Shown here: one piece after another, positions 9,293 to 19,185 of the stretch
Position numbering within the stretch: position 1 is the first letter of the stretch
How the letters are laid out: every line of letters begins with the position of its first letter
Position numbers and translations under genes: made by a program
Assembly: GCA_045578745.1 (NCBI GenBank)
Contig: JAZNKW010000067.1
Span: forward strand, 1,987-65,986
DNA: 64,000 nucleotides
Origin: Anaerovoracaceae bacterium
GTDB taxonomy: Bacteria > Bacillota > Clostridia > Peptostreptococcales > Anaerovoracaceae
Direction of reading: 5' to 3'
The notes under the pieces: generated by a model
The model's database searches: none
What the model saw: the letters and a program-made list of their open reading frames with translations, nothing else
Told to the model about the DNA's origin: nothing

Positions 9293-11041
9293 TCAAATCA
9301 ATGGTCCGCAGGCAGCCTGAAGCCACTGGGCACATTCTACATTCAGATATGGTTTTAAAGTTGTATAAACATGGTTATGATAATCGTCAACCCACTTTAT
9401 TTCTTCAGTTGACAGCAATTCTGTGACAATTGCTTCTCTCTCCCAAGGACAGAGAGTTATCGTCCGGAACTGAAGCAATCCATCTTCACCTTTTTCGCAC
9501 AGAACTTCATTCTCCAGACGGATGCCATACTTTCCTTCCAGATAAAGTCCCGGTTCATTGCTGGTAATCATGCCTGGAAGAACCGGACAGCCTGTTCCTC
9601 TCGGGCTGATGGACTGAGGACCTTCATGGACACTGAGCAGATGACCCACGCCGTGACCCGTTCCATGGTTGTAGTTCAGACCCTTTTCCAGCAGCGGCCC
9701 TCTTGCCAGCTTATCAAGCTCAGCACCGGTGGTTCCTTCTTCAAAGCGTGCCGTTGCCAGGGAAATATGTCCCTTCAGTACAAGGGTATAATGCAGCTTC
9801 ATTTCCTCTGTCAAAGGTCCCAAAGCTATCGTTCTGGTAATATCGGTGGTTCCGTCAGTATACTGGCCCCCGGAATCAACCAGAAGGAATCCTTCCGGTT
9901 TCAGCTTCAGATTGGATTCTTCTGAAACTGCATAATGCGGAAGTGCTGCATTCGGTCCGTATCCTGCGATTGTATCAAAACTGGTCTGGCAGAATCCTTC
10001 CTGCATGCTCCGGTAATAGTCTGCCTGTTCTGCCGCTGTCAGCTCAGACAAGGCATTTCCCGCAGAAATTTCTTCTTTCACCCAGCGAACGAATTGTACC
10101 ATAGCTGCCCCGTCTTTCAGATGTGCTCCCATGGTACACGCAACTTCCACAGAGTTTTTCATCGCCTTCATCAGTCTGGCTGGGCTTTCTTCGTCGAGAA
10201 TTTCCACGTGCTGCGGCATTTTCTGTACCAGGGAATAGCTGATGCTGCTTTTATCCAGCAAAATTCCTCCTGCAGACAGTTCCCCAACATCATCAAAAGC
10301 CTGGAAATACGGACGAAGTTCTGTCGTATCAGGCAAATTCTTCGCAGCATCACTGCCTGCAAAGGTTTCATCCAGGATATAAAGAATGTCTCTGTTTCCC
10401 TCTATTAACGCAAAGGAATAGAATACAGTAGTATTCTTTACATCATTTCCCCTCAGATTATAAATCCATGCAATATCCTCCAGCGAGGAAATCAGATGGC
10501 AGGATACTCCCTTTTCTTTCATAGCACAGCGAATCCGGGAAAGTTTGCTGTGAGAGGATTCACCGGTTACTTCCTCCTCAAGTCCATAAATCTTGGATGC
10601 CTGCAGTTTCGGTCTTTCTGCCCAAATATCGCCTGCCAGATCCAGATCAGTGCGCAGTTTATATTTTGCCGCAAAAGCTTCTGCTTCCCTGCAGCCAACT
10701 ACCCGGCCATCAAATCCCAGCACACTTCCAGGAGAAAGATGAGACTCAAGATATTCAGAAATCGTCGGTACTCCAGGTTCCCGCTCTTTCATCAGTGTAA
10801 TACCGCTGCCTTCAAGCTGCGCTGCGGCCTGAATAAAATACCGGCCATCAGTCCAGAGTCCCGCCCAGTCTTCTGTCACCAGCAGTGTACCTGCAGATCC
10901 GGTAAATCCCGACAGATACTGGCGGCATTTGAAATACGGATTCACATATTCAGACCCGTGAAAATCCGTAGTCGGTACCAGATACGCATCAATTCCTGCC
11001 TGGTTCATGGCCGCACGCAGAGCTTCAATTTCTTTTTTCAT
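9293..11041 (-). CDS. Xaa-Pro aminopeptidase (M24B family, long form)
   Basis: The C-terminal pita-bread motifs are present (DSGGQY, TDITRT, HGTGHGVG, SNEPG). I chose the start at MKKEIEALR (11041), not the upstream extension in the ORF track. Confidence 0.85.
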   Translation of the reverse strand: MKKEIEALRAAMNQAGIDAYLVPTTDFHGSEYVNPYFKCRQYLSGFTGSAGTLLVTEDWAGLWTDGRYFIQAAAQLEGSGITLMKEREPGVPTISEYLESHLSPGSVLGFDGRVVGCREAEAFAAKYKLRTDLDLAGDIWAERPKLQASKIYGLEEEVTGESSHSKLSRIRCAMKEKGVSCHLISSLEDIAWIYNLRGNDVKNTTVFYSFALIEGNRDILYILDETFAGSDAAKNLPDTTELRPYFQAFDDVGELSAGGILLDKSSISYSLVQKMPQHVEILDEESPARLMKAMKNSVEVACTMGAHLKDGAAMVQFVRWVKEEISAGNALSELTAAEQADYYRSMQEGFCQTSFDTIAGYGPNAALPHYAVSEESNLKLKPEGFLLVDSGGQYTDGTTDITRTIALGPLTEEMKLHYTLVLKGHISLATARFEEGTTGAELDKLARGPLLEKGLNYNHGTGHGVGHLLSVHEGPQSISPRGTGCPVLPGMITSNEPGLYLEGKYGIRLENEVLCEKGEDGLLQFRTITLCPWEREAIVTELLSTEEIKWVDDYHNHVYTTLKPYLNVECAQWLQAACGPLI

Positions 11042-11115
11042 ACATACACCCCCCGGATGTCCTTCTTTACCCTTATTGTACTCCTGTCCTTTCGCGAATT
11101 CAAGGAGTGAAGACA

Positions 11116-11154
11116 GAAAAAAAGAGCATAAAATGCATTCGCATTTCATGCTCT
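11116..11154 (-). terminator. Terminator after sstT
   Basis: The stem AGAGCATAAAATGC/GCATTTCATGCTCT is followed by a U-run on the minus strand. Confidence 0.7.
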
Positions 11155-11167
11155 TTCATGCCGTAAA

Positions 11168-12388
11168 TTACTTACCGCCGTTCTTTCTCTTTTCTGCCAG
11201 TTCTGCAGTTGCAGTGAACAGAACGTCAGTGGAAGAGTTAAGGGCAGTTTCGCAGGAGTCCTGAATTACGCCTACGATGAAGCCTACACCTACTACCTGC
11301 ATAGCGATGTCGTTCGGAATGCCGAACAGGGAACATGCCAGAGGAATCAGCAGCAGGGAACCGCCAGCTACGCCGGAAGCACCGCATGCAGAGATTGCAG
11401 ACAGTACGCACAGGATGATTGCAGTAGGAATGTCAACCGCAATTCCCAGAGTGTGACATGCAGCCAGAGTCAGGATTGCAATTGTGATTGCAGCACCGCC
11501 CATGTTCATGGTAGCACCCAGAGGAATGGAGATGGAATATGTATCCTTGTTCAGATTCAGCTCTTCACAGAGTCTCATGTTAACAGGAATGTTAGCAGCA
11601 GAAGATCTGGTGAAGAATGCAGTGATACCGGAATCCTTCAGGCACTTCAGTACCAGCGGATAAGGATTCTGCTTGGTGTTCAGGAATACGATGATTGGGT
11701 TGATAATCAGAGCGTCTGCAAACATAGCGCCTACCAGAACCACAATCAGCTTACCGTAGCTCAGCAGAGCTTCAATACCGGTAGTTGCGATAGAGTCGAA
11801 TACCAGACCCATAACGCCCAGAGGAGCCAGCTTGATTACCCATCTAACAACAGTGGATACTGCGTCAGAGATTTCACCCAGGAAGTTCTTAGTCGCATCG
11901 GATGCACCTCTCAGTGCGATACCCAGAACGATAGCCCATGCCAGAATACCGATGTAGTTTGCATTCATCAGTGCATCGATTGGGTTGGATACGATATTGA
12001 AAATCAGAGTCTGCAGAACCTGACCGATGCCTTCCGGCGGAGTAACGTCTCCTGCACCTTCAGCCAGCGCCAGTTCAACAGGGAAAATAAAGCTTACGAT
12101 TACTGCCAGAGTACCAGCCAGGAAAGTACCAACCAGGTACAGAACCAGAACTCTCTTCATGTTTGTCTTCTTACCGGACTTATGCTGCGCGATTGCGAAC
12201 ATTACCAGGAAGAATACCAGAACTGGAGCCACGCCCTTCAGTGCTCTTGTAAAGATAGTACCGAAGATTGGCATGATTCCGCCTAACTGCTGAGGAGCCA
12301 CCAGAGCCAGAACAATACCGATTACCAGACCGATAATGATCTGCTTAACCAGGCTCAGACGGTTCCATGCTTTTAAAAATTCTTTCAT
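11168..12388 (-). CDS. sstT: Serine/threonine:sodium symporter (DAACS family)
   Basis: 406-aa ORF. The N-terminus ([17 protein letters not shown]) and the [13 protein letters not shown] motif are typical of SstT. A GGAGGG RBS lies upstream. Confidence 0.9.
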   Translation of the reverse strand: MKEFLKAWNRLSLVKQIIIGLVIGIVLALVAPQQLGGIMPIFGTIFTRALKGVAPVLVFFLVMFAIAQHKSGKKTNMKRVLVLYLVGTFLAGTLAVIVSFIFPVELALAEGAGDVTPPEGIGQVLQTLIFNIVSNPIDALMNANYIGILAWAIVLGIALRGASDATKNFLGEISDAVSTVVRWVIKLAPLGVMGLVFDSIATTGIEALLSYGKLIVVLVGAMFADALIINPIIVFLNTKQNPYPLVLKCLKDSGITAFFTRSSAANIPVNMRLCEELNLNKDTYSISIPLGATMNMGGAAITIAILTLAACHTLGIAVDIPTAIILCVLSAISACGASGVAGGSLLLIPLACSLFGIPNDIAMQVVGVGFIVGVIQDSCETALNSSTDVLFTATAELAEKRKNGGK

Positions 12389-12525
12389 TTTGCATTACCC
12401 TCCAAAGTATAGTTAAAATTCGAAACTCATTATAGAATAACACCTTTGTAAAAATAAATCAATCCCAAATCGCCAATATATGTTATTTTAGTACAACATT
12501 TTTGTTTTTTCTATGTATTTCCACA

Positions 12526-12556
12526 ATAAAAGGGAGAATCCGCTGTGAATTCTCCC
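12526..12556 (-). terminator. Terminator after the 12566-13420 gene
   Basis: A GGGAGAAT...ATTCTCCC stem with a U-tract on the minus strand. Confidence 0.7.
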
Positions 12557-12565
12557 ATTAATTTT

Positions 12566-13420
12566 TTAATCTTCTTTTTTCTGAATAAAGCTGTAGAAAT
12601 GCTTGATATTCATATCTTTCGGTATATGTTTCCCATGGTCACCACGTCCAAACAGCTTTTTATGACAGCCATGATCCGGTGCAAAGGCAAGCACTGTGTT
12701 GTGGCCCGTCCAGTATTTTTCGACAGCATCATGAATCTCGCAGAAGGTACCCACATTTTCACGAAGTGCCTGAAGGGCAGCCTTGCTTTCAGGCCCCTTC
12801 TTATGCATCACTGCATCGTAATTACCGTTATACAGTACAATCATGTCATGCCGGTCTTCCAGAATCAGTTCCAGTGCCTTCATATTACAGTGTTCTGTCT
12901 TCTCATAGATAAAGTAGTCCACATTACGTTCCTTAAAAATCTCCGCAATGGAATCTCCTGCCGTGCAGATAATGGCCACTTTCTTACCGGCTGCAGCCAG
13001 ATCATCGAAGAGAGTATTTGCCTTCAGAACAGGCTTTTTATAAGAACGGATCCCATGTTCTTCCGGGGTCTTTCCCGAATACATGGAAGCAAAACATACC
13101 GGAGTCACCGGAGGCTCCATGGCGAGCATATCACATGTCAGTCCTGCTCTGCTGGTCAGCGGCCGGAAAATACTGATATGGCTGTCAAACACCCAGGATG
13201 CAACGGCATCCGGATTATATATAAATACACGGTCGCAGTCGATAACTCTCTGCTGCCGTTCTCCGAATTTCAGCTTGGCCAAAGTCAGCACACGTTCCAC
13301 TGGCTTCACATCAAAATCCGTAGCTCTGGTGGTCTTAAGTCCAAGAAGGGCCTCCACCGTCGGACGGATACTGGTCAGATTCTGTGTATTCAGTTTGCCA
13401 TATGTTTTTTTCTTCAGCAT
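12566..13420 (-). CDS. Alkaline-phosphatase-superfamily protein (nucleotide pyrophosphatase/phosphodiesterase-like)
   Basis: EPPVTPVCFASMYSGKTPEEHGI (the Thr nucleophile region) and APDHGCH resemble type I phosphodiesterases. A GGAGG RBS lies 8 nt before the ATG at 13420. Confidence 0.65.
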   Translation of the reverse strand: MLKKKTYGKLNTQNLTSIRPTVEALLGLKTTRATDFDVKPVERVLTLAKLKFGERQQRVIDCDRVFIYNPDAVASWVFDSHISIFRPLTSRAGLTCDMLAMEPPVTPVCFASMYSGKTPEEHGIRSYKKPVLKANTLFDDLAAAGKKVAIICTAGDSIAEIFKERNVDYFIYEKTEHCNMKALELILEDRHDMIVLYNGNYDAVMHKKGPESKAALQALRENVGTFCEIHDAVEKYWTGHNTVLAFAPDHGCHKKLFGRGDHGKHIPKDMNIKHFYSFIQKKED

Positions 13421-13497
13421 ACACACACCTCCTGATGCTAAGATATTGTATATCATTCTACTATCCACCCTCGAGGTTTGTCAATCATTCCTTTGCG

Positions 13498-13533
13498 AAA
13501 AAAATAACTGGCAGTCCTCCATAGACTGCCAGT
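13498..13533 (-). terminator. Terminator after the MFS gene
   Basis: A 10-bp stem, ACTGGCAGTC/GACTGCCAGT, followed by 7 U on the minus strand. Confidence 0.75.
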
Positions 13534-13556
13534 CTTATATTTCATTTATTTATGCG

Positions 13557-14861
13557 CTATGCTGCTTTTTCAGATTTTACTTCTGCCTTTCCGCCGCCGC
13601 GTACCAGGAACATACTGATCAGCAGTGCCACTACATACAATGCACCGGTAACCAGCATTACCGTCTGATAACCTACGGGGTTGGTTGCTTCACCAGGTGT
13701 ACCAAAGTGATTTACAATCCAGGATGCCATCTGATTTCCGGACAGACCTGCAAAAGCCCATGCAGATAATGTCAGGCCGTGGATTGCACTGATATTTCCC
13801 ATACCATAGTGGTCAGACAGCAGAGTCGGTACATTGGAGAATCCGCCGCCATAGCCTGCATTTACTATGAAAATCAGTCCCAGAACCAGTACTGTCAGAA
13901 CCATATTTCCCGCACCGTTTTCTACGCCCTTTGTTACGATAACGGCACCGGTAAGTACAATGGAAATAGCGAAAATAATCTTGTAAATTGTGTTTCTGTC
14001 CTTCATACCGTCACCCAGAGATGAGAATCCCAGACGGCCTGCAGCATTGAAGACTGCAGAAACAGTGGAAACAATACCAACAGCACCAGCCAGACCAATA
14101 CACTTAACAATCATCTTTTCCTGAGAGATCAGCGCCAGACCGCAGGTGATGTTCAGGTAGAACATGAGCCAGATACCAATATAATTGGTAATCGGCTTAG
14201 ACTTGATTACATCCATCATTCGGCTGCCTTCAGCCTTTGTCTGAGGTTCATGCCATCCATCCGGTTTCTTCAGAAGCAGATGTCCGGTGAACATCATCAC
14301 AAAGTATACAGCTGCCAGAATCCAGAACATCTGGTAGATACCGCCTTCGCCCATGTTTTCCAGCATAGCCTGCATAATAGGAGACGCAATGGCTTTAGCT
14401 GCACCAAAACCAGCTACCGCAAGTCCGGTTGCCAGACCTTTACGATCAGAGAACCACAGCATGAGAGTCTTTACCGGAGATAAGTAACCGGTTCCCAGAC
14501 CAACACCCATGATAAAGCCATAGCTTACATAAATACCAATCAATGCAAGAATGTTTCCAGGGTTCTGTCCTCCGTACCAGATAAAGAATCCGGTACCTGC
14601 CATACCCGCAGAGAAACAGATTGTGGAAATAAGGGAAGATTTATGAATATCTTTTTCCACGAAGTTGCCCAGAAATGCAGCAGACATACCCAGGAAGAAA
14701 ATAGCAAAACTGAATGCCCATTCAGTAGCCGCCTTGGAAAATCCGATATGATCTGCAATCTCCTGGCTGAAAATAGACCAGCAGTAAACAGTACCGATAC
14801 TGCAGTGCAGCAGCAGAGCCGGAATCGCCGCTCTTGTCCACTTATTACTCCAACTGTTCAT
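13557..14861 (-). CDS. MFS transporter, oxalate/formate antiporter (OFA)-like
   Basis: 12-TM profile. The N-terminus (WTRAAIPALLLHCSIGTVYCWSIF) is typical of the OFA family. I chose the start at 14861, which follows an AAAGAGG RBS. Confidence 0.8.
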   Translation of the reverse strand: MNSWSNKWTRAAIPALLLHCSIGTVYCWSIFSQEIADHIGFSKAATEWAFSFAIFFLGMSAAFLGNFVEKDIHKSSLISTICFSAGMAGTGFFIWYGGQNPGNILALIGIYVSYGFIMGVGLGTGYLSPVKTLMLWFSDRKGLATGLAVAGFGAAKAIASPIMQAMLENMGEGGIYQMFWILAAVYFVMMFTGHLLLKKPDGWHEPQTKAEGSRMMDVIKSKPITNYIGIWLMFYLNITCGLALISQEKMIVKCIGLAGAVGIVSTVSAVFNAAGRLGFSSLGDGMKDRNTIYKIIFAISIVLTGAVIVTKGVENGAGNMVLTVLVLGLIFIVNAGYGGGFSNVPTLLSDHYGMGNISAIHGLTLSAWAFAGLSGNQMASWIVNHFGTPGEATNPVGYQTVMLVTGALYVVALLISMFLVRGGGKAEVKSEKAA

Positions 14862-14928
14862 TTTCGTAACCTCTTTTCCGCTTGTCATTTTCTTACATCT
14901 GACAAGTCTATATTTACCAATTTAGTAT

Positions 14929-14958
14929 ATTATACTATTTCATACTTTACCTTGGCAA
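14929..14958 (-). promoter_or_regulatory. Candidate promoter for the MFS gene
   Basis: The minus strand reads TTGCCA, an 18-nt spacer, then TATAAT. Confidence 0.45.
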
Positions 14959-14976
14959 GTAAATTTACTGTTTTCC

Positions 14977-15483
14977 CTATCGCAGTACCTCTTTTTTCAG
15001 AGCCGGCAGTTTTTTCATCAGCAGACTGATGGTTACATACTGTACCGGAATCATAATCAGACACTGGAAAATTCTCGTAATTGCTACGGCTCCAAATGTA
15101 GTTCCATACAATATGGACAGCCAGTAGGTATTCACCACAAGCCCCAGTATCAGCTGATCTGCAAGCACCGTCATGACAATACGACCTCTGTTCTGTTTTT
15201 TATGGAGCATACAGCCATACAGCAGTCCTGTAAAAAGTGCAGTTACCGTAAATCCGGGGAAAAATGCCCCACTTGGAAACAGAAGCGCCCCCAGAACATC
15301 CGAAATAACCGCTACTATCACGCTGAACGCAGGTCCGTAAAAATATGCAGCAACAAAGATTGCCACGAAAGAAAATCCTATTTTCATATTCCATGCATTG
15401 ATGGACAGAAAACGTGACAGGATAATCTGCAGTGCAATAAGAACACTGGCCGTTACCAGCATTTTCGTATTCATCTTTTTCAT
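14977..15483 (-). CDS. folT: ECF-transporter S component for folate (FolT family)
   Basis: 168-aa, 5-6 TM protein that looks like an ECF S component. It lies directly behind a THF riboswitch, which is the classic folT context. Confidence 0.8.
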   Translation of the reverse strand: MKKMNTKMLVTASVLIALQIILSRFLSINAWNMKIGFSFVAIFVAAYFYGPAFSVIVAVISDVLGALLFPSGAFFPGFTVTALFTGLLYGCMLHKKQNRGRIVMTVLADQLILGLVVNTYWLSILYGTTFGAVAITRIFQCLIMIPVQYVTISLLMKKLPALKKEVLR

Positions 15484-15520
15484 AAAAAAACTCCTTCCTG
15501 TCTCTTGCTACAGGAAGGAA
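15484..15520 (-). terminator. Expression platform of the THF riboswitch: an intrinsic terminator whose 3' arm contains the folT RBS
   Basis: The minus strand reads UUCCUUCCUG-(10 nt)-CAGGAAGGAG-UUUUUUU-AUG. The GGAAGGAG RBS forms the 3' arm, and the U7 run ends 1 nt before the start codon. Confidence 0.75.
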
Positions 15521-15537
15521 TTTGGGTTCATTCTTGC

Positions 15538-15640
15538 AGCAGCGGACGCAGGTACAGTACCGCGGTTTCCTTATTCAGTCCCCTTCGTCCGGCAGCAACA
15601 TCCCATCCGCCGGCACTTAACGCACTGTCCTTACTCTGAC
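15538..15640 (-). promoter_or_regulatory. THF (tetrahydrofolate) riboswitch, class I (folT motif)
   Basis: The minus strand reads CAGAGUAAGGACAGUGCGUUAAGUGCCGGCGGAUGGGAUGUUGCUGCCGGACGAAG...CCGCGGUACUGUACCUGCGUCCGCUG. This shares the conserved blocks GAGUAG-like, GCGUUAAGUG, AUGGGAUGU, ACGAAG, CGCGGU and GCAUCCGCU-like with the Eubacterium siraeum THF aptamer. The P2 (GACAGU/ACUGU) and P3 (CCGGC/GCCGG) helices show compensatory pairing. Confidence 0.85.
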
Positions 15641-15665
15641 TATAAGATCTGATTCTGTTTTTCTG

Positions 15666-16529
15666 TTATGCAAAGTGCTTCTGTGCACGTTTTGCCGCTT
15701 CAACCACATGGGAAACCAGCACGCTGGTGGTCACAGTTCCCACGCCGCCCGGTACCGGTGTAATCGCACCAACCACAGGCTCAGTTTCCTCAAACTTCAC
15801 GTCTCCGCAAAGCTTGCCCTTTTCTTCGTTCCAGCCAATACCTACATCGACTACAACCTGGCCTTCTCTTACATATTCCGCACCGATGCTTTCCATCTGT
15901 CCGGCACAGACAATCAGAATATCTGCCTGTCGGGTAATTTCCGGCATATTTACGGTCTTCGTATGACAGGTAGTCACGGTGGCATTCTTATGCATCAGCA
16001 TCATGGACGCAGGACGTCCCACTACCAGAGATCGGCCGATTACCGTAGCCTTCTTTCCTGTGCAGTCAATTCCGTAGAAATCCAGGATTTCCATGGCAGC
16101 CTGCGCAGTACAAGGCGCAAATCCCACCTTCGTATTGGTGAAAACGCCAGCCAGGGATCCGTCAGTACAGCCATCCACGTCCTTTGCAGGGTTCAGCATC
16201 TGGCGTGCCTTTTCACTGTCCAGCTGTTTTGGAAGCGGACGGAACATGAGAATTCCGTGAACACTGTCATCTTCGTTGAGCGCAGTCAGTGCCGCATCAA
16301 AATCAGCCTGACACACATCTGCAGGAAGAACCACGTTCTTTACTTCCACGCCTACTGCCGCACAGCGCTTCATGGCACCGGTTTCATAGGAAAGGTCATC
16401 CGGTCTTTCTCCAACACGCAGGATTGCCAGGGTTGGAACCACGCCGTGTTCCTTCAGCACTGCCACTTCTGCTGTCATTTTTTCATTGAGGGCCGCCGTT
16501 ACCGGCGCCCCCTTTAATATTTCAGCCAT
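15666..16529 (-). CDS. folD: Bifunctional 5,10-methylene-THF dehydrogenase / 5,10-methenyl-THF cyclohydrolase
   Basis: 287-aa ORF. VGERPDDLSYETG, GRSLVVGRP and PVPGGVGTVT are FolD hallmarks. Confidence 0.95.
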   Translation of the reverse strand: MAEILKGAPVTAALNEKMTAEVAVLKEHGVVPTLAILRVGERPDDLSYETGAMKRCAAVGVEVKNVVLPADVCQADFDAALTALNEDDSVHGILMFRPLPKQLDSEKARQMLNPAKDVDGCTDGSLAGVFTNTKVGFAPCTAQAAMEILDFYGIDCTGKKATVIGRSLVVGRPASMMLMHKNATVTTCHTKTVNMPEITRQADILIVCAGQMESIGAEYVREGQVVVDVGIGWNEEKGKLCGDVKFEETEPVVGAITPVPGGVGTVTTSVLVSHVVEAAKRAQKHFA

Positions 16530-16542
16530 GTTTCACCCCAAG

Positions 16543-18222
16543 CTAGAACAGACCGTGAATTACACCAAATTCATCCACGTCAATCTTTTCTGCTGCAGGT
16601 ACTTTTGGCAGACCAGGCATGGTCATGATGTCACCGGTCAGTGCAACAATGAAACCTGCACCTGCAGATACCTTCAGGTTTCTTACCTGAATGGTGAAGT
16701 TTCTAGGTGCACCCAGCTTCTTCTGATCATCAGAGAAGCTGTACTGTGTCTTTGCCATACAGATTGGCAGATTGGAGAAGCCCAGTTCTTCCAGCTGCTT
16801 AATCTGCTTTACAGCGTTTCCTACCAGCTGTACGCCGTCTGCACGGTAAATTCTGGCAGCAATCGCATTCAGCTTTTCCATGATGGTAGTATCTGCTTCG
16901 TAGCAGAATTCGAATTCATTCGGTTCTTCGCACAGTCTTACCACTTCTTCAGCCAGAGCCTTACCGCCTTCGCCGCCCTTAGCCCAAACTTCAGACAGAG
17001 CTACGTTTACGCCCAGTTCTCTGCACTTTTCTTCAACCAGCTTCAGTTCTGCTTCAGTATCAGTTGGGAATGCATTGATTGCAACTACGCAAGGCAGCTT
17101 GAATACCTTGGTTACGTTTTCCACATGCTGCAGCAGGTTTGGCAGACCAGCTTCCAGAGCTTCCAGATTTTCGTTGTTCAGGTCAGCCTTTGCTACACCG
17201 CCGTGGTGCTTCAGTGCACGTATTGTTGCAACGATAACAACTGCAGATGGCTGGATGCCTGCCATACGGCACTTGATATCCAGGAACTTTTCAGCACCCA
17301 GGTCAGCACCAAAGCCGGCTTCAGTTACTGCATACTCACCCAGCTTCATAGCCATTCTGGTTGCAGTTACGGAGTTGCAGCCGTGAGCAATGTTAGCAAA
17401 AGGACCACCGTGGATGAAGGCAGGAGTGCCTTCCAGAGTCTGTACCAGGTTTGGCTTCAGTGCATCCTTCAGCAGTGCTGCCATAGCACCCTGTGCCTTC
17501 AGCTGACCGCAGGTAACAGGCTTGTCATCATATGTATAGGCAACGATAATACGTGCCAGTCTTTCCTTCAGATCGATAATATCGCTGGCCAGACACAGAA
17601 CTGCCATAACTTCGGAAGCTACAGTAATATCGAAACCGTCTTCTCTAGGAGTACCGTTTGGCTTACCGCCCAGACCGTCGATAATGTTACGCAGCTGTCT
17701 GTCGTTCATATCTACAGCTCTCTTCCAGGTAATCTTACGAGGGTCAATTCCCAGTTCATTACCCTGCTGGATATGGTTGTCCAGCATTGCTGCCAGCAGG
17801 TTGTTCGCTGCACCGATTGCATGGAAGTCACCGGTAAAATGCAGGTTGATATCTTCCATTGGAACTACCTGTGCATAGCCGCCGCCTGCAGCACCGCCCT
17901 TAACGCCGAAAACAGGGCCAAGGGATGGTTCACGGAGTGCAACTACGGACTTCTTGCCGATTTTACGCAGACCATCAGCCAGACCTACAGTTGTAGTAGT
18001 CTTACCTTCACCCGCAGGAGTCGGATTGATTGCAGTTACCAGAATCAGCTTTGCATCCGGCTGGTCAGCCTTGTCTCTCAGCAGAGCATAGTCAACCTTG
18101 GCCTTATAGTTACCGTACTGTTCCAGGTATTTTTCCTCTACACCTGCCACAGCCGCAATCTCGGTAATTCTCTTCTTCTCACACGCCTGTGCAATTTCAA
18201 TATCGGACTTGTAAGTCATCAT
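16543..18222 (-). CDS. fhs: Formate--tetrahydrofolate ligase
   Basis: [22 protein letters not shown] and [19 protein letters not shown] are diagnostic. I chose the start at 18222 (MMTYKSD), which follows a GGAGG RBS. Confidence 0.97.
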   Translation of the reverse strand: MMTYKSDIEIAQACEKKRITEIAAVAGVEEKYLEQYGNYKAKVDYALLRDKADQPDAKLILVTAINPTPAGEGKTTTTVGLADGLRKIGKKSVVALREPSLGPVFGVKGGAAGGGYAQVVPMEDINLHFTGDFHAIGAANNLLAAMLDNHIQQGNELGIDPRKITWKRAVDMNDRQLRNIIDGLGGKPNGTPREDGFDITVASEVMAVLCLASDIIDLKERLARIIVAYTYDDKPVTCGQLKAQGAMAALLKDALKPNLVQTLEGTPAFIHGGPFANIAHGCNSVTATRMAMKLGEYAVTEAGFGADLGAEKFLDIKCRMAGIQPSAVVIVATIRALKHHGGVAKADLNNENLEALEAGLPNLLQHVENVTKVFKLPCVVAINAFPTDTEAELKLVEEKCRELGVNVALSEVWAKGGEGGKALAEEVVRLCEEPNEFEFCYEADTTIMEKLNAIAARIYRADGVQLVGNAVKQIKQLEELGFSNLPICMAKTQYSFSDDQKKLGAPRNFTIQVRNLKVSAGAGFIVALTGDIMTMPGLPKVPAAEKIDVDEFGVIHGLF

Positions 18223-18313
18223 TTTACCTCCTGAATTACATATCATAAATTTAAATTCTTTTTAACGCACAACACATACGGTATGTATTTTTCAAACACA
18301 CCATATCTATTTT

Positions 18314-18342
18314 ATATTAATGCAAAATGGGTAAAATTTCAA
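18314..18342 (-). promoter_or_regulatory. Candidate promoter for fhs-folD
   Basis: The minus strand reads TTGAAA, a 17-nt spacer, then TAATAT. It lies about 100 nt upstream of the fhs start. Confidence 0.5.
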
Positions 18343-18391
18343 GTACAGAGACAGTTTTTATTCATCATTCTAACATTCTGCTGCCCTTTCA

Positions 18392-18420
18392 TTGACAAAA
18401 TTCCAAATGGTCGATAGAAT
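18392..18420 (+). promoter_or_regulatory. Candidate promoter for the aroM-like gene
   Basis: TTGACA (18392-18397), a 17-nt spacer, then TAGAAT (18415-18420). Confidence 0.55.
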
Positions 18421-18447
18421 AAAAACATTAATAAAAAGGAGGCTCTC

Positions 18448-19122
18448 ATGACAGAAAAGAAAACCATTGGGCTGCTGACTATCGGTCAGTCTCCACGCCC
18501 TGATATGACAGCTGATCTTCAGCCAATCTTTGCAGAAAAAGCAGATTATATAGAAGCCGGAGCACTGGATGGTCTGACGAAAAAACAGGTGGAGTCCATG
18601 AAACCGGAACCAGGTGAACATTTTCTGGTAACCCGTCTTGCAGATGGTTCCATGGTTACCGTTGCCTCCCATCATCTTTCAGACCTGATGCAGCAGCAGG
18701 TTTCCCGCATGGAAACAGAAGGAGTCTCTGCCATAATGATTCTCTGTACAGAAGGCTTCCAGCCTTTTGATTGCAGCATACCGGTCATCTATCCCAATGA
18801 TGTACTGAAATCACTGGTACCCATGGCTGCACCGGGCGGACACATCGGTGTAATCCTTCCGGAAGCAGGACAGATGGAAGATTTTGCCGAAATCTGGAAG
18901 CAGGTAGTTCCAAAAGTAACGGCTTGTCATGGCTCACCATATGCTGAAGATGGCAGCCTGGAGCGCGCCGCAAAATCTTTCGCTCACACAGATGTGGACC
19001 TGATCGTGCTGGACTGTATGGGATACAGCAACGTCCAGCAGAATCTTGTTGCTGAACTTTCCGGGAAACCGGTTCTTCTATCCCGTACCCTGTCAGCAAA
19101 AGTTTTAATGGAACTTATTTAA
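18448..19122 (+). CDS. aroM: AroM family protein
   Basis: 224-aa ORF. IGLLTIGQSPRPD and VLDCMGY resemble the AroM family (Asp/Glu racemase-like fold). An AGGAGG RBS lies upstream. Confidence 0.7.
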   Translation: MTEKKTIGLLTIGQSPRPDMTADLQPIFAEKADYIEAGALDGLTKKQVESMKPEPGEHFLVTRLADGSMVTVASHHLSDLMQQQVSRMETEGVSAIMILCTEGFQPFDCSIPVIYPNDVLKSLVPMAAPGGHIGVILPEAGQMEDFAEIWKQVVPKVTACHGSPYAEDGSLERAAKSFAHTDVDLIVLDCMGYSNVQQNLVAELSGKPVLLSRTLSAKVLMELI

Positions 19123-19140
19123 ACATGAAAAAACAGAAAT

Positions 19141-19185
19141 AAAAAACCCCTGATCCATTGATTTCTCAATGTTTCAGGGGTTTTG
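19141..19185. terminator. Bidirectional terminator shared by aroM (+) and tsf (-)
   Basis: AAAAAA-CCCCTGA...TCAGGGG-TTTT. Confidence 0.8.

Noticed and set aside
16486-18234. A 582-aa ORF on the plus strand that covers almost all of fhs in antisense.
   Set aside because: fhs on the minus strand is unmistakable. The antisense product is Cys/His/Gln/Phe-rich, has low complexity, no RBS and no recognisable motif. Such long stop-free antisense frames are expected when the sense gene avoids TTA, CTA and TCA codons because of strong codon bias.
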